From: Octopus vulgaris
Taxonomy: Eukaryota
DNA: 64,000 nucleotides
Assembly: GCA_951406725.2 (NCBI GenBank)
Contig: OX597833.1
Location: 51,646,001-51,710,000 of the forward strand
Reading direction: 5' to 3'
Below the pieces are notes generated by a model, which was given only the letters and a program-made list of their open reading frames with translations, made no database searches and had not been told where the DNA came from. Made by a program: the position numbers and the translations under genes. Shown one piece after another: positions 27,859 to 42,315 of this stretch. Numbering within the stretch: the stretch's first letter is position 1; every line of letters starts with the position of its first letter.

Positions 27859-28740
27859 TACATATATGTGTATGTATGTTCGTATCTATGTATGTACCTA
27901 TATATATATATACAGGCATGCATGTATATGTATCTATATATGCATATATATATATATATGTATACATACATGCATGCATACATTCATACATACATACATA
28001 CATACATACATACATACATACATACATACATGCATGCATGCATGCATGCATACATATATACATACATGCATGAATGCATACATATATACATACATACATA
28101 CATGCATGCATGCATGCATGCATACATACATGCATGCATACATACATACATACATACATACATACATACATACATACATACATACATACATACATACATG
28201 CATACATAGAATTGGAGAAAACCTAGAGAGACATAACATGCACTTTTTACTATAATGAATGACTTCTATACCCGGAAGAATGAAAGGGTAGATAAACATT
28301 GCTTCTAATAAAGGTAGTCAACCGCGGGTAAGATGAAGGGTTGCTCCCATTAGCAGGGCACAACAGGAAGCAGAAGTAGAAGACAAGACTCAACCCAAGT
28401 GAGGACTGTTAGTTAGAGATAACGTAAAAAGATATGTCTTTCTAAGTGAATGTCTCTACCCCCAGAACAAGTCTACACCTAAAAATTTGGTGTGGTGTGG
28501 GTGGAAGGCTGATTGCGGTAGATTTGGAAAAACCGATGGTAAAAGGAGGCGGTGGAGGTGGCGTTTGATGGGTGGGTAGGTGGGTAGGTGATTAGTTCTG
28601 ATGAAGAGTATGTAGGTTTATTAAGGGTGGGGAGATGCTGTTGTTGCATTTGCGGCGATGGGAGAGCAAATGGGTATAAGTAATGATTTCTTGTATGATA
28701 ACCTAATTATATATATATAAATAAGTGCGTGCATGCGCGC

Positions 28741-28787
<47 letters not shown>

Positions 28788-28867
28788 GGTATGTGTGTTA
28801 TGCATTTTAAACTGAACAATCCATATTCTGCTTCATTGAAGATAAAAATGTTCTTGAAAGAATCACC

Positions 28868-29017
28868 AGGAGTGGCCGTGTACCTTGCTTACCAACTACA
28901 TGGTTCTGGGTTCAGTCCCTCTGCATGGCACCTTGGGCAAGTGTTTTCTACTATATCCTCGGGCCGACCAAAGCCTTGTGAGTGGATTTGGTAGACGGAA
29001 ACTGAAAGAAGCCCGTC

Positions 29018-29068
<51 letters not shown>

Positions 29069-29271
29069 CGTCTGTGTGTCTGCGTTTATGCCGCCAACAT
29101 CGCTTGACAAGCTATGCTGGTTTATTAATGTCCCCGTAACTTAGGCGTTCGGCAAATGAGAACGTTAGAATAAGTACTAGTAAGTACTAGGCTTACAAAG
29201 AATAAGTTCTGGGGTCGATTTACTCGACTAAATGCGGTGCTCCAGCATGGCCGCAGTTTAAGTAAAAGAAT
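28868..29271 (+). mobile_element. SINE family A
   Basis: Homology to other copies. Confidence 0.9.
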
Positions 29272-29303
29272 AAGCATTTGCGTGGTAAGAGTAAGTCTTA
29301 ATT

Positions 29304-29853
29304 ATACGAAGGTGTGTCAAAAATTAATGCCATTTTGTTTAGGACAGGTATAATTACTCACACAGGAACATGTATCATACATCAAAATGAAGCTGGTCCT
29401 CTGTGGATCACATCCCTACTCCTCAACATAGTCACGATTTCTCTCAATAGCAATGTTCCACCTCCGAATGAGAGCATGAATCGCTACCCCGTAAAATTCT
29501 GTCGGCTGTTCTTTGAGCCACTTCACTACAGTTTTCACTTCCTCATCACTGGAATAATGTTTGCCTCTCAAACCCTCTTTCATGGGGCCGAAGAGATGAT
29601 AGTATGAAGGCGCTAAATTATTCCAATGACGAGAAAGTAAAAACTATAGTAAAGAAGTGGCTCAAAGAACAGACAACAGAATTTTACGGTGCAGGGATAC
29701 ATGCTCTCATTTGAAAGTGGAACATTGCTATTGAGGGAAATCGTGACTATGTTGAGAAGTAGGGATGTGATCCACAAAGGACCAGCTTCATTTTGATGTA
29801 TGATATATGTTCCTGTGTTGGTAAATTATACCTGACCTAAACAAAATGGCATT
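29304..29853. mobile_element. Palindromic mariner-derived non-autonomous element built from two inverted transposase 3' ends
   Basis: Arms about 29323-29558 and 29617-29853. Minus strand reads APSYYHLFGPMKEGLRGKHYSSDEEVK; plus arm reads DEKVKTIVKKWLKEQTTEFY...RDYVEK*. Left end is TA|cgaaggtgtgtcaaaa. Confidence 0.85.
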
Positions 29854-30189
29854 ACAAAATTGCTGCAGCTCGGCTGGAATGTGTTACCCCACCCTCCATA
29901 TTCACCAGATATTGCTCCTTCGGATTTTCACTTATTCAGATCTCTGCAGAATAGTCTTAATGGTAAAAATTTCAATTCCTTGGATGTCGTAAAAAGATAC
30001 CTTGATGAATTCTTTGCCATGAAACAACCTCAATTCTGGAAAGAGGGTATTTTCAAGTTAAAGGAAAGATGGAGGCGCATTGTGCAACAAAATGGTTCAT
30101 ATTTGGTTGATTAAAAATGTAATGGCAAGTATTTATTGACCCTTTCCCTTCCTTTAAAAATCGGCACGAATTTTCCGGACAACCCAATA
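29854..30189 (+). pseudogene. mariner transposase C-terminal fragment with right TIR
   Basis: LGWNVLPHPPYSPDIAPSDFHLFRSL...WRRIVQQNGSY; ends aaaatcggcacgaattttccggacaacccaa|TA. Confidence 0.92.
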
Positions 30190-30663
30190 TTTTATGTTAC
30201 CAAATTCAGAAAAGTTGCTGTTTCTGCTAAGTTGCAAGTGGTATAATTATGTCGAACCACCGGCCAGGGTATCTTCATGTGGTCAAACGACCTGCTAGAA
30301 ATAATCGCCTCCATCATTCAAATCATGCACTCTACCGTCATAAGAATGGAAGGACCTGTTGGACAATGCAGTACTAGTTACACAAAAGGACTAACTACCA
30401 CGAGAAGACGTAATTAATACATCCGTGAAATGATCAATTGTCGAACTGCATCCGACAATAATAAGCCTTTGCCATTAAATAATTAGATGAATAAGAGAGA
30501 AGAGGGGAACATATGGAATTATACAATGCTTTACATGAAAGACATGGCGACGCTGAAGGCGTTTCACTTATCAGATGAAGATCCAACAATACAACAGCAA
30601 TTCAGCTTATCACATCGCACCATTGTCCTTCGGTGTTATTTTTCCATCTATGTATGTACAGGC

Positions 30664-30737
<74 letters not shown>

Positions 30738-30890
30738 TGAATGTAAGCATATAGTCTTGTACTGATTGCATCTAACTGAAATGCAGGTATATCTTTTAGT
30801 CGGTCATATTAAATCTCGTACATATTTTATTCTGGTACGTATTAAATCGTACATCTACTTGCCGATCAGCTAAGTTAGTTACTTCACGTG

Positions 30891-30933
<43 letters not shown>

Positions 30934-31117
30934 CTTGTTCCACGTCTCTGTCCTTCTGTTGTAATAAAATGTCTTCTCCGTTTTCGTTCTGTTGATTTTT
31001 TCGTCTTCTTGTGATGTTCTGTACGTATATATATATATTTATATATGCATGTATATATACATGTAGATGTCGGTACGTACATATATGTTTGTATGTATGC
31101 ATATATTTTATTTATTA

Positions 31118-31174
<57 letters not shown>

Positions 31175-31217
31175 TTATTTATATATAATATATATATATA
31201 TATATATTATATATATT

Positions 31218-31326
<109 letters not shown>

Positions 31327-31375
31327 ATATATGACTGTGCCTGCGTGTTTATATCTATTTCTGTATCTATCAATA

Positions 31376-31410
<35 letters not shown>

Positions 31411-31483
31411 GTATATATATAGAGAGAGATAGAGACATACTAATACATACATACATACACACATCAACTACGCATATAACAAG

Positions 31484-31524
<41 letters not shown>

Positions 31525-31993
31525 GTGTGGTGACCAGTTCAACAATTACCATATAATTATCCCATCAACTTTGTTAACAGTGTAAATGTGAAGCGGTAGA
31601 TGAAAGCAACTTCTGTTTATTTACGTATGAAATCTTCTCTCACCAAAATCTGAGTGTGTGTGAGAGAAAGAGAGAGAGAGAGAGAGGGAGAGAAGGGGCT
31701 GGAGGTGATGGAAGCCAAGTAGGTTTCCAATGTCTTTGTGTACCTCTCATCACAATTAACCCAACCACGTATACGTACGCGCGACGGGTACAACACGTAC
31801 ATACAAACAGACCTGACAAATCACTGAACAGTTTGAGAATGAGAAAGTTTAATAGAGTCTCTAATAGAAGTGTTGTTGCTGTTGGTTAGTCCCAGGTCTG
31901 TTGTTTAACCCCAGACTAATGATAAAAGGCGTTCCAATCTTAAGCATAGTAGAATCGTAAGAGAATTGTTGTATCTGTGAGTATAGATACGCA

Positions 31994-32136
31994 AGTGGTA
32001 CTTAATTTATCGACCCCCCCAAAAGGATGAAAAGCAAAGTCGACCTCGGCGGAATTTGAACTCAGAACGTGAAGAAAGACAAAATACTGATAAGCATTTA
32101 GCCCGGCGTGCTAACGGTTCTGTCAGCTCGCTGCCT
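31994..32136 (-). mobile_element. SINE family B 5' part
   Basis: Homology to other copies. Confidence 0.85.
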
Positions 32137-32388
32137 TTAAGATAATATAAATATTGTACAACGTATGTACTGAGTTCGTAGAATATAAAACAAAGTATTT
32201 TTAAAGTAGACGTCTCTAGTTAAACAATATTGAAGTATTATTTATTACGCTTTCATTGAGAGAGACATCCTTAATTTCAATATATACCAAATTAATAAGC
32301 GCTTCATATAAATATCTAATTTTCTGAAAACGGAAATAGATGTAAAGTTAATAAGATTCTAATTCTTTAAGAGACACTTTATGTTAAA

Positions 32389-32779
32389 CTAGCAGTATCG
32401 CCCGGCGTTGCTCGAGTTTGTAAGGGAAATAACTATATAAGCATTTTTTGAGATGTAAAGTATAATAGCCATCTCAATATGGCTAACGACAAAGGGGGGT
32501 GTTACTGTAGCTTTTTACGTTCTGAGATTTAATAATACATTTTTAGAGAGTTACTTCCCTTATATATGCCAAAAATGCATTAAAATGGGAAAAATTATGG
32601 TAATTTTTTTTTAATCGTAGACTCATCGTAGACGCGCGCTAATATCCAGAAGGGCTCGATATGAATCACGACTATAAGATACCCGCTTTTGGTTAAACTG
32701 CATCGCAAAATGTGGGAGTAGTTAGGAATCTAAATCGTAGGAGACAGACACCACACAACCTCACTTTTATATATATAGA
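32389..32779 (-). mobile_element. Non-autonomous Helitron, complete
   Basis: Minus strand A|TC...subterminal hairpin...CTAG|T; homologous to 61570-61966. Confidence 0.85.
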
Positions 32780-33149
32780 TTAGATAGTAAAGTACTCTAA
32801 AATTTGGATTATTCTGTGTGTGTGATACACGCAGGGCGTCGTGACTGAGCCTTGATTTTATTTTTATCCTTGAAAAAAAAAAAGAAAAAACAGTTAATTC
32901 TGGATGTAAACCTTTCCCCATTTTATTGAATGCAGTTCTTCTACCGCATAAAGTTAGCTATTTTTCAGGTGGGTAACCTTGTTCGACAAACACTTCTGAG
33001 AGAAAATTCTTCTGGGTAAGGTGTAGTCCTAAATTCACTGGACATAAGAGAAAAGTAAAAAATTTTTTAAAAAATGCGGAATAGCGAAGGGTGGAATGCT
33101 TTGTGATTTGTGATCATGCCAAATGTATCTGTAAGATGAGAGCAGGCTA

Positions 33150-33174
33150 AGGAGATAGTAGTAGTAGTAGTAGC

Positions 33175-33218
<44 letters not shown>

Positions 33219-33387
33219 AAGTAGTTGACGAAGAAGACATAGTAGCAGCACCAGTAGTACTGCTACTTGATGTAGTAGTAGTAGTAGTAGTTGTTGTAGT
33301 AGTAGTAGTTGACGAAGAAGACATAGTAGCAGCACCAGTAGTACTGCTACTTGATGTAGTAGTAGCGTAGTAGTAGTAGTAGTAGTC

Positions 33388-33433
<46 letters not shown>

Positions 33434-33437
33434 CAGT

Positions 33438-33523
<86 letters not shown>

Positions 33524-33540
33524 CGGCAGAAGCAGCAGTC
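33150..33540. repeat. (TAG/CAG)n block containing a duplicated 43-bp cassette
   Basis: gacgaagaagacatagtagcagcaccagtagtactgctacttg at 33227 and 33311. Confidence 0.9.
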
Positions 33541-33938
33541 CGTCGATCCAGTTTAACACGAACACGTGTCACTTAACGTTACTTTCTCTCCGCTATACAA
33601 GCATTTGAATCAGGTTTCAGTCAGAGGACATCTCATCAGTCACAGTAGTTGCCTCCCTTGGAAATAACCATGCGGTCGAATCCCTCGTATTGTAAAGGGA
33701 ACAAAAATATAACTAACTTACACTAAACAAAATAAAACTAAAGCTGTTATTTATAGTCTTAGTACATATCTATCTCTGACGAATTACAAATTACTTATAC
33801 GTTACAGTTTCGGATATTTATTTATTTATTTATTTATAGTTTTCACTTGAGAATTTAAAATGATATGCGTGTGGGCTAAATGATACCACCGTAGTTATGG
33901 TTAGGTGTCGTTAAATGTAACTGGAAGACTGAATGTGT

Positions 33939-34015
<77 letters not shown>

Positions 34016-34460
34016 TATACGTATACACAAATTCGAGGAACACATCAATCAAGCCCTATTAATCTGTTGTCCTTTTCTCTATCTCTCCGCGTTGTGTGCC
34101 TATACACATACACACACATACACATATATATATATATATATGTAGTTATATGTGTGTGTGAGTGTGTGTGTGTTCATGGAGAGGGTGACAGGAGAAGAAT
34201 AAGAGAGGGAGAGAGTAAGAGAGAGAGAAAAGCAAAATGATTGATTAGTGAGTTTACAAGTGTTCCTCGGATTCATCCGTGTCAGTGTCAGTGTGTCTAC
34301 GTGTGCATGTGTGTGTGTGTGTATACAAATACATACTTCTACATGTGTGCGTTTATACACACACGCACACACATGTATATAACACAGGCACACAGGTACG
34401 CGTATACATGTCTTCAAAGATGCATAAAAGAACGATACATAGAAACATGATAAACACGCG

Positions 34461-34540
<80 letters not shown>

Positions 34541-34818
34541 TGCACACACACACACACATATACACATTTGCGCACGCACACAACGCATACACATACACAT
34601 ATTTTCTCTGACACATAGAGATGATTCCAGAACAAGAATTTGGCAGTTGGTCAGTTTGTATATTTATGTTAGCTTGGAGTCTCTGGAAGACGTCATTAAG
34701 ACCAAACTGACAAACGGAGTTTGGATTTCACCGAAAATATTGCGGCTTGTCTTTCGCTTCTCGTATTTTCTTGGATGCAAATTCGTTGACAGTTCTGCTT
34801 TGTATATATATGTATATG

Positions 34819-35008
34819 TTTCTTTATTAGCCACACAGGGCTGCACACAGACAGGACAAATTACAAGGTAGAGCTTTTCTTTTGGGGGTAAAAAAAGGAG
34901 GTTTGGTTTTCGATCAAAAGGGATCGTAGAGGGAAAGAAAGAGGACAAAAAAAGGGGAGAATAAAATTTAAAAAAGGGGGGAAGGGGGAAAGGAAAAAAA
35001 ATCGATCG
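34819..35008 (-). mobile_element. Retroelement 3' end sharing its tail with SINE family B
   Basis: Reverse complement ccttgtaatttgtcctgtctgtgtgcagccctgtgtggctaataaagaaa versus SINE B ccttgtttgtcccctctatgtttagccccttgtgggtaataaagaaa. Confidence 0.6.
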
Positions 35009-35147
35009 TGTGTGTGTGAGTGTGTGTCTGTTTATGTATGCATGCGTATATTTATTGGTGTGTCTATGTGTGTAGAAGAGTAGCTGCTTCTCTTTCGTGT
35101 TTGCCATGTGTGTAAGCGCATAGATACGCACATAGGCACATTTTCTT

Positions 35148-35204
<57 letters not shown>

Positions 35205-35273
35205 CCTACCTACCTACCTACCTACCTACCTACCTACCTACCTACCTACATATCTATCTATCTATCTATCTAT

Positions 35274-35387
<114 letters not shown>

Positions 35388-35395
35388 TTGTATAT

Positions 35396-35890
35396 GCATG
35401 ACACTGGGGTACAAATATACGAAGCCCAGTATACCCATCATGACTACCCGTCAGATAAGGGTATCACAACCATATGTGCACGACAGGGTGATCTCATATC
35501 AAAATAAACAGCGCACGACCTTGCAGGTGGAGCCCAGTTAGAATTTTCTTCAGATCGAGTAGCCCATCCCGCTCAAAAGATCCCTGAATAAGGGTTGTTT
35601 AAGGATGTTGAGCGAAACACCCATGTTCCCAAAGGTGAATTATCGAAACCTCGAAGAATTGCTCTCAACACATGGCTATGATGCTCCCCCACTACTTCTG
35701 CTTGTGACCAGAGATGCACATATCGTTAGCCACTAAGGTTAAGGTCAAAGAACTGACAAGCAAATCTGTGGTATTAAGCAGAATATTTACTGTAGCCCAT
35801 CTTTTATACCAAGATGTACGTGATAACACTTCCAATCAGATAAAATCAGAAGCCACGAGAGCCACTGCCTGGTACTGCAACCGGGCATTT
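35396..35890 (-). mobile_element. Family F element, diverged with small deletions
   Basis: Aligns with 35912-36468; lies between (ATT)n tracts. Confidence 0.85.
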
Positions 35891-35911
35891 ATTATTATTA
35901 TTATTATTATT

Positions 35912-36464
35912 GAGTGAGAGAGCAGTTCATGCCATCAAAGTGACACTGGGGTAAAATATACGAAGCCCAATATACCCATCATGACTACCTGTCTGATAAG
36001 GGTACACCAGGCACATGCATCACAACCATATGTGTGCGACATGGTGATCTCATATCAAGATAAACAGCACATGACCTTGCAGGTTGGGCCCAGTTAGAAT
36101 TTTCTTCAGGTTGAGTAGCCCATCCCGCTCAAAAGGTCCCTGAATAAGGGTTGTTTAAGGATGTTGAAAGAACCACCCATGTTTCCAGAGGTGAATTATT
36201 CAAACCCCAAAGAATCCCTCTCAGCACATGGCTATGATGCTCCCCCACTACTTCTGCTCGTGATCGAGATGCACATATCGTCAGCCACTAAGGGACATGC
36301 TCAACTGGTTAAGGTCAAACAACTGACAAGCAAATATGTGGTATTGAGCAGAATATTTGCTGTAGCCCATCTTTTATACCAAGACAAAACAATGTACATG
36401 ATAACACTTCCAATCAGTTAAGATCAGAAGCCATGAGAGCCACTGCTTGGTACTGCATCAGGGC

Positions 36465-36468
<4 letters not shown>
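35912..36468 (-). mobile_element. Family F element, full length (~555 bp), in (ATT)n
   Basis: gagtgagagagcag...tactgcatcagggcattt with (ATT)n on both sides. Confidence 0.88.
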
Positions 36469-36531
<63 letters not shown>

Positions 36532-36638
36532 GGCAATGGGCATTAGTTAAGACAGTCTTTCGAGTCATATGTAACAAATGCTCAAATTACTAGTTTGCTT
36601 TGAATATTTCCTCATCAGTAGTTAGGTCTCTTAAATAT

Positions 36639-36868
36639 ATTTTTTTATTACCCACAAGGGGCTAAACACAGAGGGGACAAACAAGGACAGACAAGCGGAT
36701 TAAGTCAATTACTTCGACCCCAGTGCGTAACTGGTACTTAATTTATCGACACCGAAAGGACGAAAGGCAAAGTCGACCTCGGTGGAATTTGAACTCAGAA
36801 CGTAACGGCAGACGAAATACGGCTACGCATTTCGCCCGGCGTGCTAACGTTTCTGCCAGCTCGCCGCC
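36639..36868 (-). mobile_element. SINE family B, full length
   Basis: Homology to other copies. Confidence 0.92.
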
Positions 36869-37555
36869 TTTCTGCCAACTCAGAAAACATTTTCTTTTCC
36901 CCTTCTCAGAATACGAAGACATTGCAAATGAGATGCGTCGAGTATCTAAACTAAATGCTCCCCGCAAAAACTAATAAATAAAGCAATAATCCACTAGACT
37001 TGCTTCTGAGCCTTTACTACCGTTTGAACTCTGGAAAGGAAGATCAAATCAATTGAGGCTACTAAGTTCAAACATTCATAGATAACTTCTGTGCACACGA
37101 CCGAGTGTATATCTGAAGATATTAGGGGTAGGTTTTAAGAGAATAGAGGGTAGGAAAATGAGGTGGCGGAGAACGTTTAAGACGTAAAGAAAATGGTAAA
37201 TAGTTATAGAATGTGAGGCAGAAGAGCAGATGGTCGTGATAAGACCATTTAATGCGCATGAGCGTGGAGTCGGTGATAGACAAAATATTTAAAAGAAAGA
37301 GGGGAGAAATAGAGGCGGAGATGAAAGCTACATAAAACGAGGTGATAGACTAGTGGTGAAAGGGTGACAAAGTAATAAGGGGCCCAAACAGGCATCCCAT
37401 TTAATGTGAAAAACTACATAATTGCACCACAAATTCTCGGAGTGTCACGAGATTTATGTCCTCTATAAGACAGTTTCTTGAAGCACCGGAAGCCATCGAC
37501 GCAGCCACACGAGGTAATAAAACTAGCAGACCGTTATCAATGGCTACCGTTTAAA

Positions 37556-37828
<273 letters not shown>

Positions 37829-38051
37829 TTGTCTGCCTGTTTATTTGTGTTTCTGTCTGTCTACGTCTCTCTTTATATAATCATCGATGTCGATTTATCT
37901 TTCCAGCTGTCTATTTGTCTTGCTTTCCACCTATCGATTTATTTGTCCCTTACCGTTTCTCTATTTCTCTATATCCCTTTCTTCTGTTAGTCGCTTTCTT
38001 TCTTCCAGCCTTTCTATCGCTCTCTTTATCACCTTACTTTATCATCTTACA

Positions 38052-38106
<55 letters not shown>

Positions 38107-38161
38107 GTATATATTTATAAATGTGTGTATGTTTGTGTGACTGTGTCTGAGACTGTGTATA

Positions 38162-38197
<36 letters not shown>

Positions 38198-38459
38198 CAA
38201 TCAGACTGATTGTGTATAACTAGTGCGGTGCATGTTTGAGCGAAAAAGGAAGAGTGAGAGAGGGGGATGGAATGAAAGAAAGAGAATCAGGCGATAAAGA
38301 ATATGTTTCTTGGTGCGAACTCGAAATGCTTTTAATGCTGGGGAAATATTTCAGCTCTAGTAGCCATGTCGGTCAGTTAGTGTCACAGATAACTTGTTCC
38401 TCCAAGATAAAAAAACGGTACAATATATATGGAATTTCAACCTCCCTTCTTTCATTTTT

Positions 38460-38790
38460 ACACACACATACACACACTCATAGACACACAGACTCATACA
38501 TACACACACTCTCACACACTCACTCATAGACACACACACTCATACATACACACACACTCACACACACTCACTCATAGACACACACACTCATACATACACA
38601 CACACTCACAAACACTCACTCATAGACACACACACTCTCACACACTCACTCATAGACACACACACTCATACATACACACACACTCTCACACACTCACTCA
38701 TAGACACACACACTCATACATACACACACACTCTCACACACTCACTCATAGACACACACACTCATACATAAACACACACTCACACACATG
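38460..38790. repeat. ~42-bp CA-rich minisatellite
   Basis: Recurring cacactcactcatagacacacacactcatacata. Confidence 0.9.
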
Positions 38791-39466
38791 CACAAACACA
38801 CATATGGTTATATACATATATATACATACTCGTATATGTGTATATATATGTCTGAAATGTATATTGTGTTCATGCAAACGTTTCTTTGCATGTGTATATA
38901 TTATGTAGTACGATCAGTCGAATGATCGTGGTAAAACATAATGTGTTAGTCTCTGTAGATAATACAGAAGAATCAATAAACCTTTTTGCATCAATGCATC
39001 AAATACATTGCATCCCATATCGAAATTAGACAGGAGATTCAGGTATGATGACAGGTCATATACAACTTCATTTCGAAAGCAACACACTTTGCTTATAACG
39101 CAGTAATCGTATCTAAAAACAAAAGGAATGGAAGAGGTTGTCAAGCACTACAATTGTTTCAAAAGCACGTAGGGTGTAATTTACGTAACATTAAAAATGT
39201 CCCTTAACAGTCCTTAACAGATTATTTTCAACTGAAGTCGAATGTACCTGAGGAAAAAGTACACCGGACAGTCACGAGACATTCGTAATATTATGAAAGT
39301 TACATGCAACCGATGTGCTTTTAAAACACAGGTATTACTCAACGACTTCTTCCATCCCTTTCGTTAATAGATATACATATATACTTATATATGAGTGTAT
39401 GTATTACGTTTCAATAATCTTATCAATAATTTCATGCGCACACACATACATACACATATACATATG

Positions 39467-39519
<53 letters not shown>

Positions 39520-39536
39520 ATATATATGTATGCACG

Positions 39537-39580
<44 letters not shown>

Positions 39581-39617
39581 CATAAATTGTACACATATAC
39601 ACATACATATACTGTAT

Positions 39618-39664
<47 letters not shown>

Positions 39665-39716
39665 TTTATTTATTTTCTCTTTTTCTTTATTTTCCCTCCT
39701 TGTTTCTTTCATTCTT

Positions 39717-39754
39717 CCTTTCTGTGGAAGAGCATAGGCTTGAAACATTAAAGA
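39717..39754 (+). ncRNA. Minimal hammerhead-like motif, CUGUGGA core, diverged
   Basis: CTTT-CTGTGGA-A-GAGC-ATAG-GCTT-GAAA-CA-TT-AAAG. Confidence 0.5.
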
Positions 39755-40038
39755 CTTTTTCACTTCCCGATCGTTAAACTGTTTGTTGTCAACACCACCT
39801 ATCTTCGTCTTTTGTTGTCGGTTTTTTGTGTGAATTTTCTCTATATATATTTACATACACATACACACATACACAGAGTGTGAGACAGTAAAAAGAAAGA
39901 GTGATCGGGTAAACAACTGGTATCAATTTAGAACGTGGCATTTATAATTTAAAAACAAAAAAAAAACATTATAAAGTTTGTTATGACAGAGTGATTGGAG
40001 TACAATGTATCATATAAATAAAAGACTAAGTAGGCGTG

Positions 40039-40142
40039 ACTCTGTTACAGCTGTTTCTAGAATAGCTGCGCGCATGGTGTATTTCACAGCGAACGGAGAT
40101 TAACTCTCCTTACAATAGCCAACTATACCGTCTTCAGAGAGG
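40039..40142 (-). ncRNA. Hammerhead-like motif with long stem II insertion, degenerate
   Basis: CTCT-CTGAAGA-cggtATAGTTG...CAGCTATtcta-GAAAC-AGCT-GTA-acAGAG. Confidence 0.4.
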
Positions 40143-40338
40143 AAGAATAGAGGAAGATTCTTTGTAGAGGTTATTAGTAGTTACCAGTCCCATCGTAAAA
40201 GAGAGAGTGAAGAGAGGGTAACCGCACTTAGTGCGCATGCCTATTACATTACGTCATTAACCTCAATCTTATTTATGCCGTCTCTCCCTCCTCACCTCTC
40301 TCTCTCTCTCTCGCTCTCTCTCTTTCTCTGTATACATT

Positions 40339-40379
<41 letters not shown>

Positions 40380-40614
40380 GAATATATGTATGTATGCATA
40401 TGTATAAATGACAGTGCACATAGGCATAAATTTCGACTGATTGATCACTGCTGATTAACTTTAGAACCAAACAGATGTTTGAGATAGGATACCTATGCAC
40501 ACACACATACACACATGCATACATACATACTGTCATACTGTCATACAGACATACACATACATATACACCCATACATATACATACATACACACACACTAAC
40601 ACAGACGCACTCAC

Positions 40615-40703
<89 letters not shown>

Positions 40704-41184
40704 CGTGCACACACGTTTATGTGCACATACACGGACACCTATTCACATATTTATAAGACAGAAAGAAGACATTTCAGTAAACGGTTAGAGACACACCTAA
40801 CGAAAACAAACAGCAGGTTTTGTGACGAACAATTCCGTATTGTTCACATTGATATTTATAAAGCTTAAGATATTTATAGACACCTCTCGTTCCTGACTCG
40901 TCTTTCGTGTCTCCACACACCCTCAGACACTCAAATACGCAAACGCGTGCTCACAGACACACATTAATGCACACATGCACGCATGCACACATGAACACAA
41001 CAACAGATGCGGAAACATTCGCACGCGCAAAGGTATATTTGCATGCATACCTGCATAGATATAAGCATTCTTGGAGTAATAGATTTATGCGTGCGTGTAT
41101 GTTTATTTCTGTGTTTGTCTCTGTTAAAGAATGTGTGCGTGTACCACACACACACACATACACATACCTATGCACACAAACACA

Positions 41185-41304
<120 letters not shown>

Positions 41305-41307
41305 TAT

Positions 41308-41429
41308 TGGCCTGCTCGCTTAGCCAGCGGGGTGGCGTCATTTGAAGGCTAAATCAATGCGAAGCGCATTGTGACCAGCGATGTGTAGCAACATTTGATA
41401 GCCTGGTCGGTCACGGTGATCACGGTGAT
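41308..41429 (+). mobile_element. SINE family C 3' fragment
   Basis: Near-identical to 14789-14910. Confidence 0.9.
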
Positions 41430-41969
41430 ATATATATATATATACCGGAGTAAGCAGATAAATGTGAAACAAGGTGGCAAAAAGAGTACTCAAATACCAG
41501 AGGTAGAGTAACATGCTTTATTTAAAAGCAGCAGAAATATAACAAAAGCTGTTACTCAGATACTTATAAAGTATATAATCTTAGTAACAGCCCTCTAATT
41601 AGAGCGGTAGAGTGATTTTTTTAATTAATAAATATTTCACAAATAATCGTTATTGGATAATATGAAATGTATTTGAAAGGATAATCTTCATCAGATAAAT
41701 AGATAATAAATAGCTATAAAGCTAGATGGTTTTCTTTGGTTTTCATCACTATGCGGACAGAAAATTTGTGACCAACCTGACAAGTTTGTAATCTTTTGAG
41801 ATCCTTAATATAAAAAGAATACTTATGTCCGCAGAGAGATGAATAACCTATCACTGTTTATAAGTACAAACACGGACACAGCTTAAAAGGTCCTTCCAAT
41901 TTGCTTAAAAGTGCTTATGAACTGAGTTATGTTTCTCACTTTTGTAATATCAAAAACACATATATACAC

Positions 41970-42028
<59 letters not shown>

Positions 42029-42183
42029 CGCACACAAATACATAGATATACACATATATATAAAATACAAATATGCTTTATAAATATCTATATATATGTA
42101 TATAGGTATGTGTGCAAATACTAATACACACGCAGAATATTTGTAAATGTGTGTGTGTGTGTGTGTGTGTGCACATGTGTGTA

Positions 42184-42257
42184 TATATGTATTATGTAGA
42201 CGACGTGTGCCTCTCAATATCTGTATGTATGGATGTATGTATGTATGTATGTATGTA

Positions 42258-42315
<58 letters not shown>

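Noticed and set aside
33615-33645. Other CTGANGA hits (2461, 28598, 33634, 36611, 41688, 45270, 51013)
   Set aside because: They lack a properly placed stem II plus GAAA or stem I.
36444-36465. Resemblance of the family F terminal hairpin to the U2 snRNA 3' stem-loop
   Set aside because: The match is too short and no other U2 sequence is present.
41740-41848. About 20-bp imperfect inverted repeat (ttcatcactatgcggaca / tgtccgcagagagatgaa)
   Set aside because: Possibly a decayed MITE, but no TSD or second copy to support a call.
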